From contig CAVXEP010000030.1 of NCBI GenBank assembly GCA_963760795.1, positions 1 to 64,000 of the forward strand: a stretch of 64,000 bases of DNA. Reading direction: 5' to 3'. The translations under genes were made by a program, and so were the position numbers. Every line of letters starts with the position of its first letter. Positions within the stretch are counted from its first letter, which is position 1. Positions 18,097 to 29,552 of this stretch are shown here, piece after piece. The DNA comes from an uncultured delta proteobacterium (GTDB lineage: Bacteria; Desulfobacterota; Binatia; UBA9968). The notes beneath the pieces are model-generated. The model saw only the letters and a program-made list of their open reading frames with translations, was not told where the DNA came from and searched no databases.

Positions 18097-18447
18097 TTAC
18101 GACTTAGCTTCCATAAGAGACTTGGCACAACCCTCAGCGACCTTGCTGTCGGGTCGTTCTTCACCAGGCAACGTCGCCCAGCCCTGCTCTTCGACGAACT
18201 TCTGCCCGTCCCAAGCATCCTTGGCCTTGAGCGCCTTGAGCTTCTGCTCCTTATTCGCATCTAGGTTAAACCGCGCGACACAGCTAGGCGCGAAACGTTT
18301 GGCCACGGCATTTTCGGCGATCTCCTTGGCCAATACATCGGCAGTACCGCCGGTCACCCACCCGCCCCAATTGAATCCGACGATCATCGCGAGTACCGCG
18401 CCACCGGCAGCGCTCCAGCCACCTAACTTAACTTTGTCCCAATCCAT
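18097..18447 (-). CDS. Conserved hypothetical membrane-anchored protein
   Basis: IVGFNWGGWVTGGTA...PSCVARF...FVEEQGWATLPG...VAEGCA; GAGGAGG RBS before ATG 18447. Confidence 0.8.
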   Translation of the reverse strand: MDWDKVKLGGWSAAGGAVLAMIVGFNWGGWVTGGTADVLAKEIAENAVAKRFAPSCVARFNLDANKEQKLKALKAKDAWDGQKFVEEQGWATLPGEERPDSKVAEGCAKSLMEAKS

Positions 18448-18917
18448 AAGAACCTCCTCTTCATTGCGCACATGGAATCCATAGACTTAACGATGCACAG
18501 CTGTGACAAATCCAATAGTCGGAGTAGCGTTGCGACACCGAGCACTCCTGGCAGACTTTGCAATAGCGATGACCGCAGGAGTCGCATTTAACCCCGCCCG
18601 CTGGATCGTCCACGCATTTTGCCTCTATCATTGTTTTTTGAATCCGCTTCGAGTGATATCAAACTCGAGTAGTCACCGTTGATTTTTCCAACCAGCTCAC
18701 CAACTCGAACCTATGCATTTTCGGCGAGGTTAAACGTCCTCGACAGCAATTACTGTCCAATAGTAGACAGTCTTCGATAATACTTTCAACGCGGGAATAG
18801 CCGCCGCCGCAGTGATTCATGGATAGGACTCGACGATATCGCCAGGACCGCCCTGCAGCACAGACCAGTCGCGTGGTGCGCTTACAGAGGTCGCTTGATT
18901 GAGTTAAGATCGCCGCG

Positions 18918-19841
18918 ATGGCGCCGATCATATCGATTTCGAATTTGACCAAGACCTACGCTTCCGGCCATCAGGCGCTCAAGCGCATTGACCTGCAAAT
19001 CCATCAGGGTGAGATCTTCGCCCTCCTGGGTCCCAACGGCGCCGGCAAGACCACGCTGATCAGCATTGTCTGCGGCATCGTCACGCCCACTGAGGGAGCC
19101 ATCGTCGCCGCCGGCCACGACATCTGGCGTGACTATCGCAGCGCGCGCGCGAAAATCGGTCTGGTGCCGCAGGAGCTCAGCACCGACGCCTTCGAGTCGG
19201 TATGGGCGACCGTGAGCTTCAGCCGCGGTCTTTTCGGCTTCGCTGCCAACCCGGCCTACATCGAGCAACTGCTGCGCGAGCTGTCGCTCTGGGACAAACG
19301 CCAGAGCAAGATCATGACGCTCTCCGGCGGCATGAAGCGGCGCGTCATGATCGCCAAAGCGCTGGCCCATGAACCGCAAATCTTGTTCCTCGACGAGCCC
19401 ACCGCCGGCGTCGACGTGGAGCTGCGCCGCGACATGTGGGCGCTGGTGCGCCGGCTGAGAGACAACGGCGTGACGATCATCTTGACCACCCACTATATCG
19501 ACGAAGCCGAAGAGATGGCGGACCGCATCGGCGTCATCGACAAGGGCGAGCTGATCCTGGTCGAGGAGAAAACCAAGCTGATGAAGAAGCTCGGCAAAAA
19601 ACAACTAACGCTCAATTTGCTAGAACCGCTGGCGGCGCTCCCGCTGGAACTCAGCGACTGGCACCTGGCGCTCAACGCCGGCGGCACAGAATTGGAATAC
19701 ATCTTCGACGCCGCCGAGGAGCGCGCCGGCATCCCAGCGCTCTTGCAGCGCATGAGCGACCTCGGCATCCGCTTCAAAGATCTCAATACCCGGCAAAGTT
19801 CGCTGGAAGATATCTTCGTCAGTTTGGTCAGCGACCGGTGA
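18918..19841 (+). CDS. ABC-2 transporter ATP-binding protein (YadG-like)
   Basis: [23 protein letters not shown]. Confidence 0.95.
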   Translation: MAPIISISNLTKTYASGHQALKRIDLQIHQGEIFALLGPNGAGKTTLISIVCGIVTPTEGAIVAAGHDIWRDYRSARAKIGLVPQELSTDAFESVWATVSFSRGLFGFAANPAYIEQLLRELSLWDKRQSKIMTLSGGMKRRVMIAKALAHEPQILFLDEPTAGVDVELRRDMWALVRRLRDNGVTIILTTHYIDEAEEMADRIGVIDKGELILVEEKTKLMKKLGKKQLTLNLLEPLAALPLELSDWHLALNAGGTELEYIFDAAEERAGIPALLQRMSDLGIRFKDLNTRQSSLEDIFVSLVSDR

Positions 19842-19850
19842 GGGAGGAAC

Positions 19851-20014
19851 TTGTTCCAATCGTTCCAGCGTTCAAATCGTTTAGGGAGGAATTTTCGGAA
19901 TCGGCGAGTCAACCGCAAAGCACGGAAAGAACCCCAAGCAATTCTGAACTTCATGCCTTCGTGTCCTTCGTGGTGAATGATCCGTTCCGAACTTTGCGCT
20001 CTCTGCGGTTAAAT
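19851..20014. repeat. Cluster of short iterated 8-9-mer repeats
   Basis: GTTCCAATC-GTTCCAGC-GTTCAAATC; CTTCATGC-CTTCGTGTC-CTTCGTGG; CTTTGCGCT-CTCTGCGG. Confidence 0.55.
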
Positions 20015-20042
20015 CTCCGGCTCCGACAGGTCGAAACAAAAA

Positions 20043-20819
<777 letters not shown>

Positions 20820-20943
20820 ACCGATGCGGGATAACGCAGAGGGCATCACTGGCGAATCTGACTCAGGAAATCGCGGCCAACATGACCATTGAAAGGATTG
20901 ACGTTAGATTTCCGATCACCGACTCCAAGCCCATGATGCGATA

Positions 20944-23900
20944 TCATTGCAACGCTAGAGCGTTGGCAGCTTTCTTAACTGTTTTCACGGCAGGTCGTTC
21001 GATTGCTAATGCCCGAAGATAAGCAGCTAAATGCCTTGCCCAGACTTTGACATTTCGCTCTTCGAGGACGCCGCTATGGTCCCCGGGCACGTCATGAATG
21101 GTTACACGACCTGTGCATTGCTTAGACCAATGGACCCGGTGCCGGCGAGAATAGTCTTGACCGAGAAAGAGAACCAAATCCCCCTGGAAAGGTCGTCCCA
21201 CATAATATCGTAGGGCATGAAAATAGATTTCCAAAATGTAGCGGCTGCGCAGAGACACCGGGATCGAAGCACCCAGGCAATCGTATATCTTACAGATGGC
21301 TTTTTGAGTTGCTCTTTTCACAGACCCGACCCGATTCCGCATTTGGCCGATTAGTCTACTTGTCAGTCGGTTCAGCCCTTCGTTCCAATGGCTATGGGTT
21401 CGGAACGACAGAAAAAGTTGACGAAGATGGCGCAGATCGTTTAACGGAGTCCAGATCGACGGGGATTCCTGCGAACTTTCTGTCAGTCCGGTCGCAGGGT
21501 TAAGCAGCACTAGCAGATCCACATGTTCGCCCTTACTTTGCAGTTGGTTGGCTATTTCAAAAGCTACTAAGCCGCCAAAACAATTCCCGCCTAGACGATA
21601 GGGACCATAGGGTTGGACGGTGCACATCTCTTTGAGGTAGTGAGTGGCTATGTCTTCCACACTCCTATAAAGCGCGGGCTGCCCATCCTCGCTTTGATGT
21701 TGTAACCCATACAAGCACTGCTCCGCGTCCAGATAACGCGGAAAGTACGCGTTGCTGCCGTCGCCGTGGATCCAAAAAAAAGCCGGTGTCGCTCCCTTGG
21801 CTTGCAGCGGAACGAGCGATGAACATGGCGTGGCAACTTCGCGATCGTGGAGAATACTTGCCATTCGCTCGACCGTCGGCGCTTGATATAAATTGGCGAC
21901 GCGCACCGTTCGCCCGATTTTTCTCTTGATTAAGTTTACCAATCTCACTGCTACCAGCGAGTGGCCGCCTAAATCAAAGAAGTTGTCGTGAATCCCGACC
22001 CTCTCCATGCCGAGTACTTCCGCCCAGATGCTAGCCAGAGCCTGTTCCATTATAGTGCGCGGGGATTGATAATTCCCGACTATCGCCAGCCGTTTCTGAT
22101 CTGGAATAAGTAAGGCTTTTCGATCGATCTTTCCATTAGGTGTTAACGGTAAGTCGCCGAGCAATACAAACGCCGATGGAATCATATACTCGGGTAGTTG
22201 ATCTTTGAGGTAGCTCCTCAGCCGGTCGGTGGTCAGGTCCAGTTTCGGTCGCGGGACAATATAGGCAATCAATCGTTTGTCCTCTGGATCATCTTGCCGC
22301 GCTAGCACTGCCGCTTGTCTAATTCCTGGATGTCGGACGAGAATGTTTTCTATCTCTCCTAGTTCAATACGGAACCCTCGCACCTTGACCTGATTGTCAA
22401 TTCGGCCAACGAACTCCAAATTGCCATCCGGTAAGTAGCGGACTAAATCACCGGTTTTGTACAAGCGTGCCGTTGGATTCGTGCTGAAAGGATTTGGTAT
22501 GAATTTCTTCGCCGTAAGTTCGGGTCGATTGAGATAGCCTCGCGCCAAGCCGGCGCCACCAATGTGTAATTCTCCAGGAATCCCGATTGGAGTAGGGTGA
22601 AGGCAACTGTCTAGAACATAGATTTCGGTGTTGGCGATCGGCCGACCGATAGGTATCGAAGGATATCCTGGTGTTAAACGGTGCGCAGTGGACCAGATGG
22701 TCGTTTCCGTGGGGCCGTACAGATTCCACAGCGTACCGCGCGCGAGCAGCGGCTCGACTAAATCCGCGGCTAGAGACTCGCCGCCGCAGAGAATCTTGAA
22801 TTGACCGGCACCTTGCCATCCGGCTTCAAGCAAGAGCCGCCATGTCGACGGGGTGGCTTGCATCGCAGTCACGGCACGTTGCGTCAGGAGCGTGAGTAGC
22901 CGGAAGCCGTCCGCCACATCTTCGCGTCCTGCCAACAAGATCTTGGCACCGGTGATCAAGGGGAGATAGATTTCTATACCGGCAATATCAAAGGAAATGG
23001 TGGTAACGGCCAGTAACATGTCCCGTTCAGTGAACGCGAGCTCGTCGCGCATGCTGTTGAGACAATTGACCAGCGAGCGGTGCGCAATCCCGACTCCCTT
23101 AGGTGATCCCGTGGAGCCGGATGTGTAAATCACATAGGCCAAGTCTTCGGAGGCGCTATTGCGTGCCAGATTCTGCGTGCTCTCCTGATCGATTTGCCCG
23201 GACACCATATCGACGCAAACCGTCTCGAACGGCACGCTCTCAGACTGGGACGCTGAGAGGGACAGAGCCAACTTCCTACGCCAGCGATCCTCGGTCAATA
23301 AGACAGTTATTTTGGCGTCATCGAGCATGTAGGCAAGCCGTTCCGGCGGATACGTAGGATCCAAGGGAACGTAGCCGCCGCCGGCCTTGAGAACTCCGAG
23401 AAGCGCTTCGATCATTTCAACGGATCGTTCGATGCATACTCCGACCAATTTTTCTGGCCCCACTCCCAGACGCTTGAGGTGGCGCGCCACCTGATTGGCA
23501 CGAGCATTCAGGTCGCGGTAGCTCACCCGTCTGCCATTGAACTCCACGGCAATAGCGTCCGGTGTGCGCTTGACCTGCGCTTCAAACAGCTCGTGAACAG
23601 CGGTCTCGGTTGAAAATGGTACAACCGTATCGTTCCATTGTCTGAGCAGTTGGTGTTTCTCGCGATCCGAGAGCAAGGAGATTTCCGCAACAGATTGTTC
23701 GGAATCGGCAATCATGCCGACAAGTAAATTTTGCAGATGCTCTAACATCCGAAAGATCGAGTGATCGGCGAAGCGCCGACGGTCATACTCGATACGTAAA
23801 GACAGCTGGGGATCGGCGCACACGTTGAGCGTAAGTGGATAATGGGGCTGACCCTTATGATAAAAACGGCGATTCAGCCATTCGCCACCTTTGGACCGCA

Positions 23901-25020
23901 ACGAACCGTCGGCAGTTACGCTTTCAAACACAACAATACTCTCAAAGAGTGGCTTGCCGTGCTCAACGTCACTCCATTTTTGGACCAGGTGTAGCGGAGT
24001 TTGTTCGTAGTCACGTAGCTCGACTTGCTGCCTGCGCAACTCGCCCAGGATGTCCATCATGCGCGATTTGGGATTCAGTACTACGCGCATCGGCAGTGTA
24101 TTGAGAAACAGACCAACCATCGTTTCGGCGCCTTTGACGGATGAATACCGGCAGGCCCGCGTAGCGCCGAAGGCAATGTCGTTCTCGCCGCTATAGTGAT
24201 GCAGCAAGATGGCCCATGCACCTTGAATCATGCTATTCAGCGTCAACCTATGGGCTTTGGCGAAAGTATCGATGCGTACCGAGGTGTCGGCGGGTAAAGC
24301 CAGTTCCTGGGCGGTGAAAATTTGATCGACTTCATGATCCTTTTTTTCAACCGGAGTTAGGCGGAGCTGCACAGGTGTGTGAAATCCTTTGAGCGTCGCC
24401 CGCCAGTAGTTTTCATGTCGCACGAAATCTTGGCCTTGCAGCCAGTCTATGTAGTCGCGAAAGGGTCGAGGTTTCGCAAGCTCCAGGTCATCGCTATCCC
24501 GGAAAGCTTGATAGTATTGAAACACCTCGTCCATAATCACGAACGTCGATCGGCCGTCCAGCAGGATATGGTGATACGTCCAAAGCAACTTGTATTGGTG
24601 TTCAGCGCACCGAATTAACTTTAGGCGAGTGATCGGCGCTCGCGATAGATTGAATCCGCAGCGCCGATCGTGCGCCAGCAATTTCAAACGTCGCTGTTCT
24701 TGGTGAGAGGAAGTGAGATGGCGCCAATCCTCGACTTCAAATGGAACTTCAACCTGGCGATGTATTTCTTGGATCGGTTCTTGATTTCCATCCCAACGAA
24801 AGCTTGTGCGAAAAATGGCATGCCGTTCGACAACGCGCTGCCACGCCCGAACGAGCGCGGAGGTATCGATTCCTTCGTCCAGAGTACAAACAATTTGACT
24901 GACATAGACGCCTTGCTCCACGGCATCGAGACAGTGAAATAAGATGCCCTGTTGTAGTGAGGATAGCGGGTAGGAGTCGACTACGTCGAGGTGTCTTGTG
25001 TCGATAGCATTCATATTCAT
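20944..25020 (-). CDS. Monomodular NRPS, C-A-PCP-TE
   Basis: C: HHILLDG; A: YTSGSTGSPKG, YGPTE, YKTGD, PNGKIDR; PCP: FFDLGGHSL; TE: GNCFGG and GDH. Confidence 0.96.
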   Translation of the reverse strand: MNMNAIDTRHLDVVDSYPLSSLQQGILFHCLDAVEQGVYVSQIVCTLDEGIDTSALVRAWQRVVERHAIFRTSFRWDGNQEPIQEIHRQVEVPFEVEDWRHLTSSHQEQRRLKLLAHDRRCGFNLSRAPITRLKLIRCAEHQYKLLWTYHHILLDGRSTFVIMDEVFQYYQAFRDSDDLELAKPRPFRDYIDWLQGQDFVRHENYWRATLKGFHTPVQLRLTPVEKKDHEVDQIFTAQELALPADTSVRIDTFAKAHRLTLNSMIQGAWAILLHHYSGENDIAFGATRACRYSSVKGAETMVGLFLNTLPMRVVLNPKSRMMDILGELRRQQVELRDYEQTPLHLVQKWSDVEHGKPLFESIVVFESVTADGSLRSKGGEWLNRRFYHKGQPHYPLTLNVCADPQLSLRIEYDRRRFADHSIFRMLEHLQNLLVGMIADSEQSVAEISLLSDREKHQLLRQWNDTVVPFSTETAVHELFEAQVKRTPDAIAVEFNGRRVSYRDLNARANQVARHLKRLGVGPEKLVGVCIERSVEMIEALLGVLKAGGGYVPLDPTYPPERLAYMLDDAKITVLLTEDRWRRKLALSLSASQSESVPFETVCVDMVSGQIDQESTQNLARNSASEDLAYVIYTSGSTGSPKGVGIAHRSLVNCLNSMRDELAFTERDMLLAVTTISFDIAGIEIYLPLITGAKILLAGREDVADGFRLLTLLTQRAVTAMQATPSTWRLLLEAGWQGAGQFKILCGGESLAADLVEPLLARGTLWNLYGPTETTIWSTAHRLTPGYPSIPIGRPIANTEIYVLDSCLHPTPIGIPGELHIGGAGLARGYLNRPELTAKKFIPNPFSTNPTARLYKTGDLVRYLPDGNLEFVGRIDNQVKVRGFRIELGEIENILVRHPGIRQAAVLARQDDPEDKRLIAYIVPRPKLDLTTDRLRSYLKDQLPEYMIPSAFVLLGDLPLTPNGKIDRKALLIPDQKRLAIVGNYQSPRTIMEQALASIWAEVLGMERVGIHDNFFDLGGHSLVAVRLVNLIKRKIGRTVRVANLYQAPTVERMASILHDREVATPCSSLVPLQAKGATPAFFWIHGDGSNAYFPRYLDAEQCLYGLQHQSEDGQPALYRSVEDIATHYLKEMCTVQPYGPYRLGGNCFGGLVAFEIANQLQSKGEHVDLLVLLNPATGLTESSQESPSIWTPLNDLRHLRQLFLSFRTHSHWNEGLNRLTSRLIGQMRNRVGSVKRATQKAICKIYDCLGASIPVSLRSRYILEIYFHALRYYVGRPFQGDLVLFLGQDYSRRHRVHWSKQCTGRVTIHDVPGDHSGVLEERNVKVWARHLAAYLRALAIERPAVKTVKKAANALALQ

Positions 25021-25108
25021 TCCAGAGAAAAATTGCCTCAGCTTCGCTTGCGATTGAGCGGCATCTTTTTTTTCTGTACAAGATGTAGCCGCCTTGAAAT
25101 GCGTTTGA

Positions 25109-25123
25109 GCAAGCCATGTGCCG
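25109..25123 (-). promoter_or_regulatory. Sigma54 promoter of the NRPS
   Basis: Minus strand CGGCACATGGCTTGC, near-consensus, about 90 nt upstream of ATG. Confidence 0.75.
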
Positions 25124-25300
25124 TAATCGATAGCCTTATTGCCAGCGAAAATTAGCCAGTTAACTTGGAAAGAATTTTTCTACCGCGTGTAATTCGGAAT
25201 GCGAACCAAACGGGTTATCGTAACCGAAATTACCCGCAACGACTCAAGCCCTCCAACGCTTGGCTTCGGACAAATGCGAATCTGCTACGAACGCTTTCGC

Positions 25301-25320
25301 TTGTGACTTAATTGTCACAA
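25301..25320. promoter_or_regulatory. Palindrome TTGTGAC-N6-GTCACAA, candidate enhancer
   Basis: Perfect 7-bp arms about 180 nt upstream of the sigma54 motif. Confidence 0.5.
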
Positions 25321-25835
25321 TATGGCGCGGCGCTTTGCTGTCCGAATGGCCCGGCGAAATTAACGATCAGGGCGGGATCGCCTGTTGTCCTGGGGGAAGA
25401 TTCGCGGCAAATAAGCGAGGCTGACAGCGCGGGAGTTTTTTAATGACCCAAGCCCCAGCAAGCGGTGAGTAGTGAGTTCCAAGATAATTCAAAATAAGTT
25501 TGTTGAATTACCTTGGTCGCACTTACGCCATGGATTTCGGCCTGCTCGGTTTCGCCGTCAGATCTGCGCCAAGCGCCTTGAGCAGTTGAAGTTCATTCCA
25601 AGTTTAATCGCCATGCTCATTAATTTTTTCGGCGGCGTGTTTTTTATGCCAATCGACAGCTCCGGCGCAGCGTTAGGTAATACCCGTCGGTCTATCTGAC
25701 TAACGGCTTTCGCTGCACTTCTACCATTCGTTCCATGTGAACTTCGATTACTCTGACGCGGCCTTTTCATTAGTTCGGAAAAATCGGTAGTGTGACTCAA
25801 TCGCCGACGCTCGGGCCGGAATCAAGGGAGACACT

Positions 25836-26705
25836 ATGAAACAACATGCCAAAGACTTCCGTGTGCGCGCGGGAGCGGATGTCAACCTCAAGAAGTGGCC
25901 CACAGTGGTGCAGCCTTATTACGATTCGAAGAAGCATTATAAAACCATTCTGCGCGAGCGCGTCGAGAAGTTAAGCGATCTGCAAAGCATTCTTTACGCC
26001 GCCGACAGTTATGCGTTGTTGCTCATCTTCCAGGCCATGGACGCCGCGGGTAAGGACAGCGCCATCAAACATGTGATGTCGGGCGTCAATCCTCAAGGCT
26101 GCCAGGTCTTTAGTTTCAAACATCCGAGCCTCCACGAATTGGACCATGATTTTTTATGGCGCACGAACCAGTGCTTGCCCGAGCGCGGGCGCATCGGCAT
26201 TTTCAATCGTTCGTATTATGAAGAGGTGCTGATCGTTCGGGTTCATCCGGAGTTGCTGAAGAGCCAGCGGATTCCCGATGGGGCGCAGGACGAAAAATCG
26301 GTCTGGCAAGGGCGCTATCGCTCGATCCGTGCTTTGGAAGCACACCTGCACCGCAACGGCACCCGCATCATCAAGTTCTTTCTTCACCTGTCCAAAGAGG
26401 AGCAGCGCAAACGCTTCCTCGCCCGCATCGACGAACCGGATAAGAATTGGAAGTTTAGCATGGACGATTTGAAAGAGCGGGAACGTTGGAGCGATTACAT
26501 GAAAGCCTATGAAGCTTGCCTGAGCGCCACCAGCACACGCCAGGCGCCATGGTACGTCGTTCCCGCCGACGACAAAACGAATACACGGATGATCGTTTCG
26601 CAGATCATCCTGGACACCCTACAGGATTTGAAATTGGACTATCCTAAACTCAGCCATGAGAAGCAAAAGGAACTGCGCTCGATCCGCAAGCTGCTGGCGA
26701 AGTGA
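25836..26705 (+). CDS. ppk2: Polyphosphate kinase 2 (class III-like)
   Basis: [38 protein letters not shown]. Confidence 0.95.
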   Translation: MKQHAKDFRVRAGADVNLKKWPTVVQPYYDSKKHYKTILRERVEKLSDLQSILYAADSYALLLIFQAMDAAGKDSAIKHVMSGVNPQGCQVFSFKHPSLHELDHDFLWRTNQCLPERGRIGIFNRSYYEEVLIVRVHPELLKSQRIPDGAQDEKSVWQGRYRSIRALEAHLHRNGTRIIKFFLHLSKEEQRKRFLARIDEPDKNWKFSMDDLKERERWSDYMKAYEACLSATSTRQAPWYVVPADDKTNTRMIVSQIILDTLQDLKLDYPKLSHEKQKELRSIRKLLAK

Positions 26706-26939
26706 AATGAAAAACCAGTATCGTTGTGCACCCGGTCTTGGCCGTGGTTGGTTGCGATCAACTAAAGTATAGACGCTCCAAGGTCTTGGGTGGCACAGTG
26801 AGAGATTGCCTGTTCCTCAGGTAAACGTCCTTGACATATCAAGTGATTCAATTAAAAGAATGATTACGCCGCCACTCAAAACTCTGAAAAATTCGCTCAC
26901 TCGGTAGGCAATTTTTGCCGGCGTAGTGGAGAACATCGG

Positions 26940-28072
26940 ATGCCAGTCCCAATCCTGCTAGCGAGAAGTAATTTAGCGGTCACGCTGTTTGGTCTGCTGC
27001 TATTCGCATCCGCAGTTTACGGCCAAGCCAAGTAAAGCGGTCGAGCGCGCCGGAATGGGACAAGTTGGTTGAAGCCGCGCGAAAAGAAGGCAAGGTCACT
27101 GTATCGCTTCCGGCCAGCGCCGAGTTGAAAAGACAAATAGAAGAGCAATTCAAAAAACGCTTCGGCATCGAAGTGGAAGTCTTCACCGCGCGCGGCAGCA
27201 CCGGCGTGCGCCGCATGGCGGACGAATTCAAAGCCGGTGTACGCCATTTCGATCTCCACATCGGCGGTTCCTCTTCGATCATCTCCGGCATGCTCGACGA
27301 GGGCATCCTTGATCCGATCGATTCCTGGCTGGTGCTACCTGAAGTTAGAGATGCGAAACAGTGGTGGGGCGGTCATCTGTGGGTCGATACGACAAAACGA
27401 TTCATTTACATGTTTCAGGCTTATTTGCCGGAAAGCATTTGGTACAACTCCGATCTGGTCAAACCTAGCGAGCTGCGTTCCTTCGACGACTTTCTCAACC
27501 CCAAGTGGAAAGGCAAGATCGGCTATCTCGATCCGCGCACCCCAGGCGGCGGAGACTCCAACTGGTCCTACATGTGGCAGGTCAAGGGCGAAGAGTATTT
27601 GAAAAATCTCGCAGCGCAGGATTTATATATCGGCCGCGATCAGCGCGTGCTTTCGGAGAGTCTGGCCAAGGGCCGCGTCGCCGTCATGATCGGCAATACC
27701 TACTATTCTTTTATGCCGTTTGTAAAAGCCGGTTTGCCGGTCAAGCCCCTGCCGACTCTCAAAGAGGGAACTTTCGGCACCGGCGGCAGCGGTAATCTGG
27801 CGATCATCAAAGCGCCGGCCCATCCGAACAGCACAAAAGTTTTCGTCAATTGGCTTTTGAGCCGCGACGGCCAGGAGGTCTTTTCCCGCGGTCTGGCTCA
27901 AGCCACCCGACGTCTCGATGTCGATACCCGCTGGCTGAGAGAATTGGGCACGATCGCAGCGAAAGATACCCTGTCCGTCGAGGACTTTTGGCGGGTCGAA
28001 AATCAGTCGGAAGAAAAACTCGATAAGGTTCGCAAACCCGCGCAAACGTCTGCCCATGCGCTATTGAAATAG
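26940..28072 (+). pseudogene. ABC substrate-binding protein (Fe/polyamine/thiamine class) with the signal peptide frameshifted by a 5-bp duplication
   Basis: Signal peptide MPVPILL...ASAVYG hits TAA 27033; removing one GCCAA (27022-27031) fuses it in frame to the ORF containing 27065-28072 (AARKEGKV...PKWKGKI...APAHPN). Confidence 0.8.
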
Positions 28073-28136
28073 CCACGCCGACGATTGCGCCGAGTGGTCA
28101 GTCCAAGTAAAGGCGAGCAGCGAAAGGAGCCATGAA

Positions 28137-29552
28137 ATGGCTAACACTGCGACAACGAGCGAATCCAGCTTCGATATATTGGAAGGGTATTTCAAGAAAT
28201 ACCCGGACGTTCCCAAGGAGACGATTCTCAAGCAACATCTGCTGAGCCTCGGCCATTGGTTCAGCGACGCCGCGCTCCAAGCCGCGGAGGGCGCGCTAGT
28301 CAAGTCCTACCGCTTGTTCTCCTACGACCTGGTGCCGATGTCCGAGTTCAAACGTAACGAGCATCGCCGCGTGCCCGAGCACTTCGTCACGCTCAATGGG
28401 CCCTACGGCATGCGCCCGGTGGCGACTCAGACTTCGCTTTCGCCCTATTCACCGTACCTGATCGATGTCGTCGATGGCCGGCTGGTCATGACCACGGAAG
28501 GGCATATACTCTCGGAAGTCCGCTTCCCGAAAACACCTGACTACTATGCGAAGAGTTTGCCCGACGGCACGCCCTATCATGAGATCGTCGCCTTCGGCGC
28601 GTTCATTACGATCTTTCGCAATTGCCAATACTGGGGCGCGAAAGAGGAATGCAAGTTCTGCGACATCAACGAGAATGCCCGCCAGATGAAGCTGTCGCGC
28701 GACTTCACTTTAGCAGCGCCGGTCAAATCGTTGGAAGATGTCATGCTGGTCTGCGAGGAGGTCATCAGCGACGCGCGCAGACTTGGCGTCGCCGGGCCTG
28801 GCTTCGTGCTCAGCGGCGGCTCGATCACCAAGACCCTGCACGGTAAAAGCGAAGTGGATTTCTACGAGGAGTACATCCGCGCCATCAAAGATACCTCGTC
28901 AAAGCCGAGAATTACCTTCGAGGTAAATGCCCGGCCGCGCGAAGAGGTGGCGCGCTACAAAGCCGCCGGCGCCGATAACATCCACTTCAACATGGAGGTC
29001 TGGGATAAAGAACTCTTCGCCTGGATCAATCCCGGCAAAGCCGAGCGCGTCGGCTGGGACAATTGGGTGCGTTGGATGTGCGACGCGGTGGAAATCTTCG
29101 GTCCGGGCAACGTCCAGCCGAGTTTCGTCTCGGGCATCGAAATGGCGCGGCCGCACGGCTTCAAAACCGTCGACGAAGCGGTCAAGTCGACCACTGGCTG
29201 CTTCGAATTCTTAATGTCACGGGGCATTATGCCGCGGCCGCAGCAGTGGCGGCGCGAGCCGTCGACGGCGCTATGCCGGGAAGCCGAGCAGCCGCCGGTG
29301 CCCCTGGACTATTACATACAGCTCTCGCGCAATTGGTACGAGTGCTACCAGAAATATCGCTCGCAGTTGCCCAAGTTTGGCACGCGCAAGGCTGGGCTGC
29401 TTGCCGAACGCAATTTGCTCGGACCGGTGCACGGCGCCTACGGCGATTTTGCCATGCTCAGCGAAAATCTCTTTCCCGACGATATCGAAGAGCAGATCAA
29501 CCGGCGCAGCGTGCCATTCGAGAATATCGCGGGAGGCGCCCATGTTTCATGA
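28137..29552 (+). CDS. Radical SAM protein with a CX8CX2C motif
   Basis: CQYWGAKEECKFC; LSGG; FNMEVWD...PGK (biotin-synthase-like barrel features). Confidence 0.85.
   Translation: MANTATTSESSFDILEGYFKKYPDVPKETILKQHLLSLGHWFSDAALQAAEGALVKSYRLFSYDLVPMSEFKRNEHRRVPEHFVTLNGPYGMRPVATQTSLSPYSPYLIDVVDGRLVMTTEGHILSEVRFPKTPDYYAKSLPDGTPYHEIVAFGAFITIFRNCQYWGAKEECKFCDINENARQMKLSRDFTLAAPVKSLEDVMLVCEEVISDARRLGVAGPGFVLSGGSITKTLHGKSEVDFYEEYIRAIKDTSSKPRITFEVNARPREEVARYKAAGADNIHFNMEVWDKELFAWINPGKAERVGWDNWVRWMCDAVEIFGPGNVQPSFVSGIEMARPHGFKTVDEAVKSTTGCFEFLMSRGIMPRPQQWRREPSTALCREAEQPPVPLDYYIQLSRNWYECYQKYRSQLPKFGTRKAGLLAERNLLGPVHGAYGDFAMLSENLFPDDIEEQINRRSVPFENIAGGAHVS

Noticed and set aside
17269-18264. 331-aa plus-strand ORF and other long antisense ORFs (for example 57280-58320, 60548-61438, 31549-32442)
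   Set aside because: Shadow ORFs opposite well-supported genes in GC-rich DNA, with no recognisable motifs
25301-25320. Canonical CRP box
   Set aside because: The TGTGA and TCACA half-sites are 8 nt apart, not 6; kept only as a generic palindrome
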